Both the position numbers and the translations under genes were made by a program. Below are positions 59,905-64,000 of a stretch of 64,000 nt of DNA, one piece after another. Under the pieces are notes generated by a model. The model was not told where the DNA came from. It did not search any database and was given only the letters and a program-made list of their open reading frames with translations. Position 1 is the stretch's first letter, and each line of letters opens with the position of its first letter. The stretch comes from a bacterium (GTDB lineage Bacteria > Hinthialibacterota > Hinthialibacteria > Hinthialibacterales > Hinthialibacteraceae): NCBI GenBank assembly GCA_963663405.2, contig CAXXSM010000149.1, positions 32,001 through 96,000 of the forward strand, given 5' to 3'.

Positions 59905-60690
59905 TTATACTGCGCAGTCGGGCGGGAGCAACTGACTATCAATCCCTCCTGAAACAAGAATTGATGAACCTGTTATATTTCCGGCTTTTCCAGAGGCCAG
60001 AAAGGCTGCAGTTTCTCCAATATCTTCTTGGCTGGATTCTTTACCCAAGGGAACATTTTTCCGCCGTCGTCGTTTAATCTCTTCCGATAGCGCATCCCAT
60101 CGTTCTGTATAAATATATCCAGGCATTACACAGTTGACTCGAATATTGTATTCCGCTAATTCGATTGCGATTGCTCTTGTTAAACTTTCGACTCCACCTT
60201 TCGACGCGATGTAGGCGGCGCGATCACTCAATGCGCGCTTAGAGGTATTTGAACCGATATTGACGATTGCGCCTCCGCCCCGAGGGATCATTTGCCGGGC
60301 GGCGTGCTGAGCGCACAGAGCATACCCTCGAAGATTAACCGCAAGCACTTCGTCAAAAAAAGTCATTGGCATATCCAGAAAGCGATAGCCTAATCCAAGA
60401 TGACAGGCGTTATTCACTAGCACATCTAAACCCCCTACTTGATCCTCTATGTATGAAAACGCCTTTGATACCTCTTGATCGCTTGTTACATTGGCTGGGG
60501 CGGGCAAATATCGTTCACCTTCGGTGTTTGCGTTATGGTTTAGTGTGTTTACAACTTGCGTAATTCTTTCATTGGATAGACCGTTGATAAAGACCGTCGC
60601 CCCATATTTCCCAAAGACTTTTGCAATGCCTAGGCCGGTGTTGAGTTCAGAACCTGTTATCAAAACATTCTTATTTTTAAACATAATCAT
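59905..60690 (-). CDS. SDR-family oxidoreductase
   Basis: ITGSELNTGLGIA, LVNNA, YIASK, IRVN...PG. Confidence 0.93.
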   Translation of the reverse strand: MIMFKNKNVLITGSELNTGLGIAKVFGKYGATVFINGLSNERITQVVNTLNHNANTEGERYLPAPANVTSDQEVSKAFSYIEDQVGGLDVLVNNACHLGLGYRFLDMPMTFFDEVLAVNLRGYALCAQHAARQMIPRGGGAIVNIGSNTSKRALSDRAAYIASKGGVESLTRAIAIELAEYNIRVNCVMPGYIYTERWDALSEEIKRRRRKNVPLGKESSQEDIGETAAFLASGKAGNITGSSILVSGGIDSQLLPPDCAV

Positions 60691-60786
60691 CTCACTTTAT
60701 GAATACATATCTTTACGTTTTTTTTCTTTACAGAAAAGTAATTCATCTTTCAAAAGGAATTGCGAGTTGCGTAATGTGCAGTTTCC

Positions 60787-62034
60787 TTATTCTGTTTCCT
60801 CTGCGATACGATCCTTATTAAAGAAGAAAACTAATCCGATAAGAACAGCCAGACCGCCAATTATGTAGGATGCGGAATAGTAAGCAAATCCATAGGATAA
60901 TCCTTTTCCCGGTTCAAGGATTTCGCGAAGAGAACCCATCAGCCATGGTGAGAATGATCCTAGCAAAAATGCCAACATGACCATGACTCCTACCGCTGAG
61001 CCACGGTATTTCGGTTCGATCACATCAAACAATGAAGCGTGTGTGTTTGATTCATAAAGCCCTCGGAACAATCCAAACACCGCCATTGCGGCATAACAGG
61101 TGAAAGCCGATTGCGCTAATCCCATATATAAAATAGCCGGGGCGCCAAGAATCATGGCCATAGTTTGCATTGTCATTCGGGCGCCTGGGTATTTTTTGAC
61201 CCAAGAGTCTGACATTACACCACCGATCAAAACACCCACAAGAGCGGTAATATGATGAAAAAACATGGAGTATCCCCCCGCTTCAACAAGGGAAAGTTCA
61301 AACTTTTCACGCAGATACTCTGGAGCCCATACGACGTATGCGTTATTAACAAACACGATCGCTGTGAATCCAACAGTTAACAAGATCGCCGTTGGTTTTT
61401 GAAATAGCAGCCCTAGCATAGTGAATGGATTCTGCCATTCGTTAGGCGCTTCTAGCTGTTTCATCTCACTCCCATCTTTCAATCGGAAAATGAAAATAAG
61501 ACCAAGTAGTATGCCCGCTGCGCCATACACATAGAACGAAGAACGCCATCCCCACTGATCGGCGATATATCCACCGAGGAAACCACTCACCATTACTCCA
61601 ATGTACAAGGCCGCTTGGTGGATGGACATCGCTAATGCGCGTGTGGTCTTATGGAAAGCAGCCATAAGAGCATAGGCCGCTGGAGCGTAGAACGATTCTC
61701 CGCCTGCGGTTGCTACACTTCTGAGCGCAGTTAAACTTACAATACCCCGGCTAAGCCCTGTTAACAGGGTGGATGTACTCCAGAAAATCAACGCTCCGGT
61801 TATGACCCACTTCTTCCGTAGCATATCGCTTAAATAACCGGCAATTGGCATTAACACAGCCAACGTGAAGAAGAGTACAGTTCCCACGAAACCAAGCTGT
61901 GAGTCGCTAAGATTCAACTCGGTACGAATTTGAGGTAACACTACTCCATATATGGCGCGATCGCCTTGATGAAAAAAGAACGCCAAGCAAAGCAACGCGA
62001 GAAGTTCCCACTTATAATTTCGATTTGTCACCAT
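60787..62034 (-). CDS. MFS transporter
   Basis: About 12 TM helices; DR motif in TM1; G.LSD..RK; GWR..F. Confidence 0.92.
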   Translation of the reverse strand: MVTNRNYKWELLALLCLAFFFHQGDRAIYGVVLPQIRTELNLSDSQLGFVGTVLFFTLAVLMPIAGYLSDMLRKKWVITGALIFWSTSTLLTGLSRGIVSLTALRSVATAGGESFYAPAAYALMAAFHKTTRALAMSIHQAALYIGVMVSGFLGGYIADQWGWRSSFYVYGAAGILLGLIFIFRLKDGSEMKQLEAPNEWQNPFTMLGLLFQKPTAILLTVGFTAIVFVNNAYVVWAPEYLREKFELSLVEAGGYSMFFHHITALVGVLIGGVMSDSWVKKYPGARMTMQTMAMILGAPAILYMGLAQSAFTCYAAMAVFGLFRGLYESNTHASLFDVIEPKYRGSAVGVMVMLAFLLGSFSPWLMGSLREILEPGKGLSYGFAYYSASYIIGGLAVLIGLVFFFNKDRIAEETE

Positions 62035-62154
62035 AACTCCTTTTCGCGCGCCATAAATAAGGACGTGATATTAACATATCAATAAAGAGAGTTAATCCTT
62101 GTTTCTCCTCACATTGAATTGATGGTATAACGAGTTGACATACAGCGTCAATGC

Positions 62155-64000
62155 CTAATAAAATCCACATGAAATTTTCGACTGTTTTGTATTCCAAGAA
62201 GCAAGAATGATTTCCACTTTATGCTGATTTTCTTCACGCCAATGGATATCTATATCGATCGTTTTAACTTCCCCAGGATCCAACCAGAAATAATTATCCG
62301 TCGCGTAAAAACACCTTTTCGAATGAATCACATCAATTGTTGTATTGAAAGATGGATATTCCCCTGTATTTACAATTTGAATCCTGGCGCGGCTTCTTGT
62401 TGGAGATTGCCGCTCAAATTCTATTAATTTTAACGATAGCGTTGTTTGCGTGTTCGCTATATCTCGTTTCAACCATGGGCCATTTTCTAAAATAGGCCAA
62501 TCCTTGGGAGATTGACGAAAGGATTTTCGAGTTTGCTCATTATCCAACATGGATAAACTGCGAGGCCAGTATACCGAGCGTGATATTAATTTGTTATCCG
62601 AATCATGTAACTCCGCTTTGATCAAAAAGAATTCATCCACCATCGTATCCGGAATCTGGAATGATCCGGTTTCTATTAAATTCAAAACTGATGGCCCTGC
62701 CGATATTTTCTTAATTGATTGCTTACATTGCCATAAGGTTTCAAATTGAATATTCATAACATCTAGCGATACTGTTAGATTCTCAAGAGTTTGATCAATG
62801 GAATGCGTTATACTGATTGGCATTGGCACCTTTTCCCCTTTGGCCCAAAGCAGATGGGGGAATTTCACGATTATATGGATTGGTTCGTAAGTTCGCTTCA
62901 AAAAGTAATAAGGAGCAGAGGGTTGCCCATACCCATCCACCAAATGAATTCCCGCAACCACAGGCCAGGGACGTTTGAATACCCAAGGCATCAATCCAGT
63001 TGTTATCGGAAAATTCGCTTGCATGCGATCCGACAACACTTGGTAGAACTCTCCCGCGCCGATCTGAGAGGCTTCGGCGATCTGCTCTAGCTCGGGATGG
63101 GTCATATCATCGATATGAGAAGCTCGGCTCAGCATTCTTGGGACACGCGCCGGGTTGAATTCCACAAAATGGTGAATGAATTCCGGATGCGACTCTTTGA
63201 ATTCATCGCTGTACATATTACCCAAATCATTGAGTTCAGAATTATTGATGATGTCACGAAGACTCCTCGCCTCCGTGATACTATGCATTCCTGTTTCCGC
63301 AATGTAGGGAACAAATCTGTATAGTCGCTCATACCAGGTGGGATCCATATCGGGGTACGTGTGAATACTGCCTTTATCTGGGCTGGTACGCCGAAATGGC
63401 CGGGTTGGATCAAAATCGGCTAAAGAACGTTCTAATATACCGATACTTGCCGCATTTCCTTTTGAATAGGGATTAAACTCGTTCCCACCACAATAAAGCG
63501 CTAACGAAGGATGATTGCGTAATCGAAAGATATTCCACATGACTTGGGCTTCCCATACATCTTGGGGATAGTCAGGGGAATCCCAATTGGCGATGGGGAA
63601 ATCCTGCCACACCATGATTCCATTGCGATTACATAGTTCGTAAAATTCTTGCGTTTCCAGCAAACCGGCCCCCCAGATACGGAACATTTGAATTCCTGCA
63701 TTTTTAGCTACGTCGATCAGCCATTCATATCGTTCCCTGGGAAGATCGAGTAAAACATCGGCGGGCATCCAATTCATCCCTTTGACAAACAGCGATTTGC
63801 CATTGATTACAAATTGCCAATCCGCCCAACGGTCTTCAGTTTGTGGACCTGCGCTAGGCTTCATTTCCAATGTGCGAACGCCATAGTCAAAATGTAGGTG
63901 GTCAATTGATTTTTGATTTTGCCATAATGTCAATTCAACACAATATAGATTTTGTTGTCCCATACCGTTGGGCCACCAGAGTTTGGGCGCTGTAAGAGTA
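62155..64000 (-). CDS. GH2 beta-mannosidase-like glycoside hydrolase, 5'-truncated by the window edge
   Basis: LWWPNGMGQQNLY, FVKGMNW.PAD, RIWG.G..E, WQDF, LRNHPSLALYCGGNE, AETG. Confidence 0.9.
   Translation of the reverse strand, partial: TLTAPKLWWPNGMGQQNLYCVELTLWQNQKSIDHLHFDYGVRTLEMKPSAGPQTEDRWADWQFVINGKSLFVKGMNWMPADVLLDLPRERYEWLIDVAKNAGIQMFRIWGAGLLETQEFYELCNRNGIMVWQDFPIANWDSPDYPQDVWEAQVMWNIFRLRNHPSLALYCGGNEFNPYSKGNAASIGILERSLADFDPTRPFRRTSPDKGSIHTYPDMDPTWYERLYRFVPYIAETGMHSITEARSLRDIINNSELNDLGNMYSDEFKESHPEFIHHFVEFNPARVPRMLSRASHIDDMTHPELEQIAEASQIGAGEFYQVLSDRMQANFPITTGLMPWVFKRPWPVVAGIHLVDGYGQPSAPYYFLKRTYEPIHIIVKFPHLLWAKGEKVPMPISITHSIDQTLENLTVSLDVMNIQFETLWQCKQSIKKISAGPSVLNLIETGSFQIPDTMVDEFFLIKAELHDSDNKLISRSVYWPRSLSMLDNEQTRKSFRQSPKDWPILENGPWLKRDIANTQTTLSLKLIEFERQSPTRSRARIQIVNTGEYPSFNTTIDVIHSKRCFYATDNYFWLDPGEVKTIDIDIHWREENQHKVEIILASWNTKQSKISCGFY

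Noticed and set aside
1-64000. tRNA, rRNA, prophage or T2SS/T4P core machinery
   Set aside because: None recognised by eye. The machine that would assemble the pilins must be encoded elsewhere and is unverified.

Overview
Bacterial 64-kb window, rich in carbohydrate-active and secreted proteins. The expanded GspG-like pilin paralogues and the C-terminal V-x-[DE]-W tails suggest a Hinthialibacterota/Sumerlaeota-like diderm; this is an unverified inference. Recognisable housekeeping genes are typA and queG. Two candidate new systems stand out. (1) A module that recurs three times: a prepilin/pseudopilin-like gene next to a secreted, acidic putative binding protein ending in T-x-V-x-[DE]-W-x-x-[YF]. 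In one copy the pair sits where the TonB-dependent receptor and surface binding protein sit in hmu-type operons (ExbB-like, DUF2149, CobN-like chelatase). In another it lies next to an HTCS-like sensor kinase. The third lies behind Pho-box-like 11-bp repeats. This suggests a pilus-based capture/sorting system. (2) A 970-aa secreted protein with 23 near-identical 63-bp LRR units that vary almost only at the binding face, fused to a putative Cys-Gln thioester domain and preceded by a variant c-di-GMP-II riboswitch. Also present: an IS3 element with TIRs and TSD, two inverted copies of a MITE bracketing one module, a solitary attC site, a toxin-antitoxin pair, a glycyl radical enzyme with a non-canonical Cys loop, an active/dead amidohydrolase pair, and six single-base frameshifts that are probably sequencing errors. 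All calls are by eye; no searches were run.
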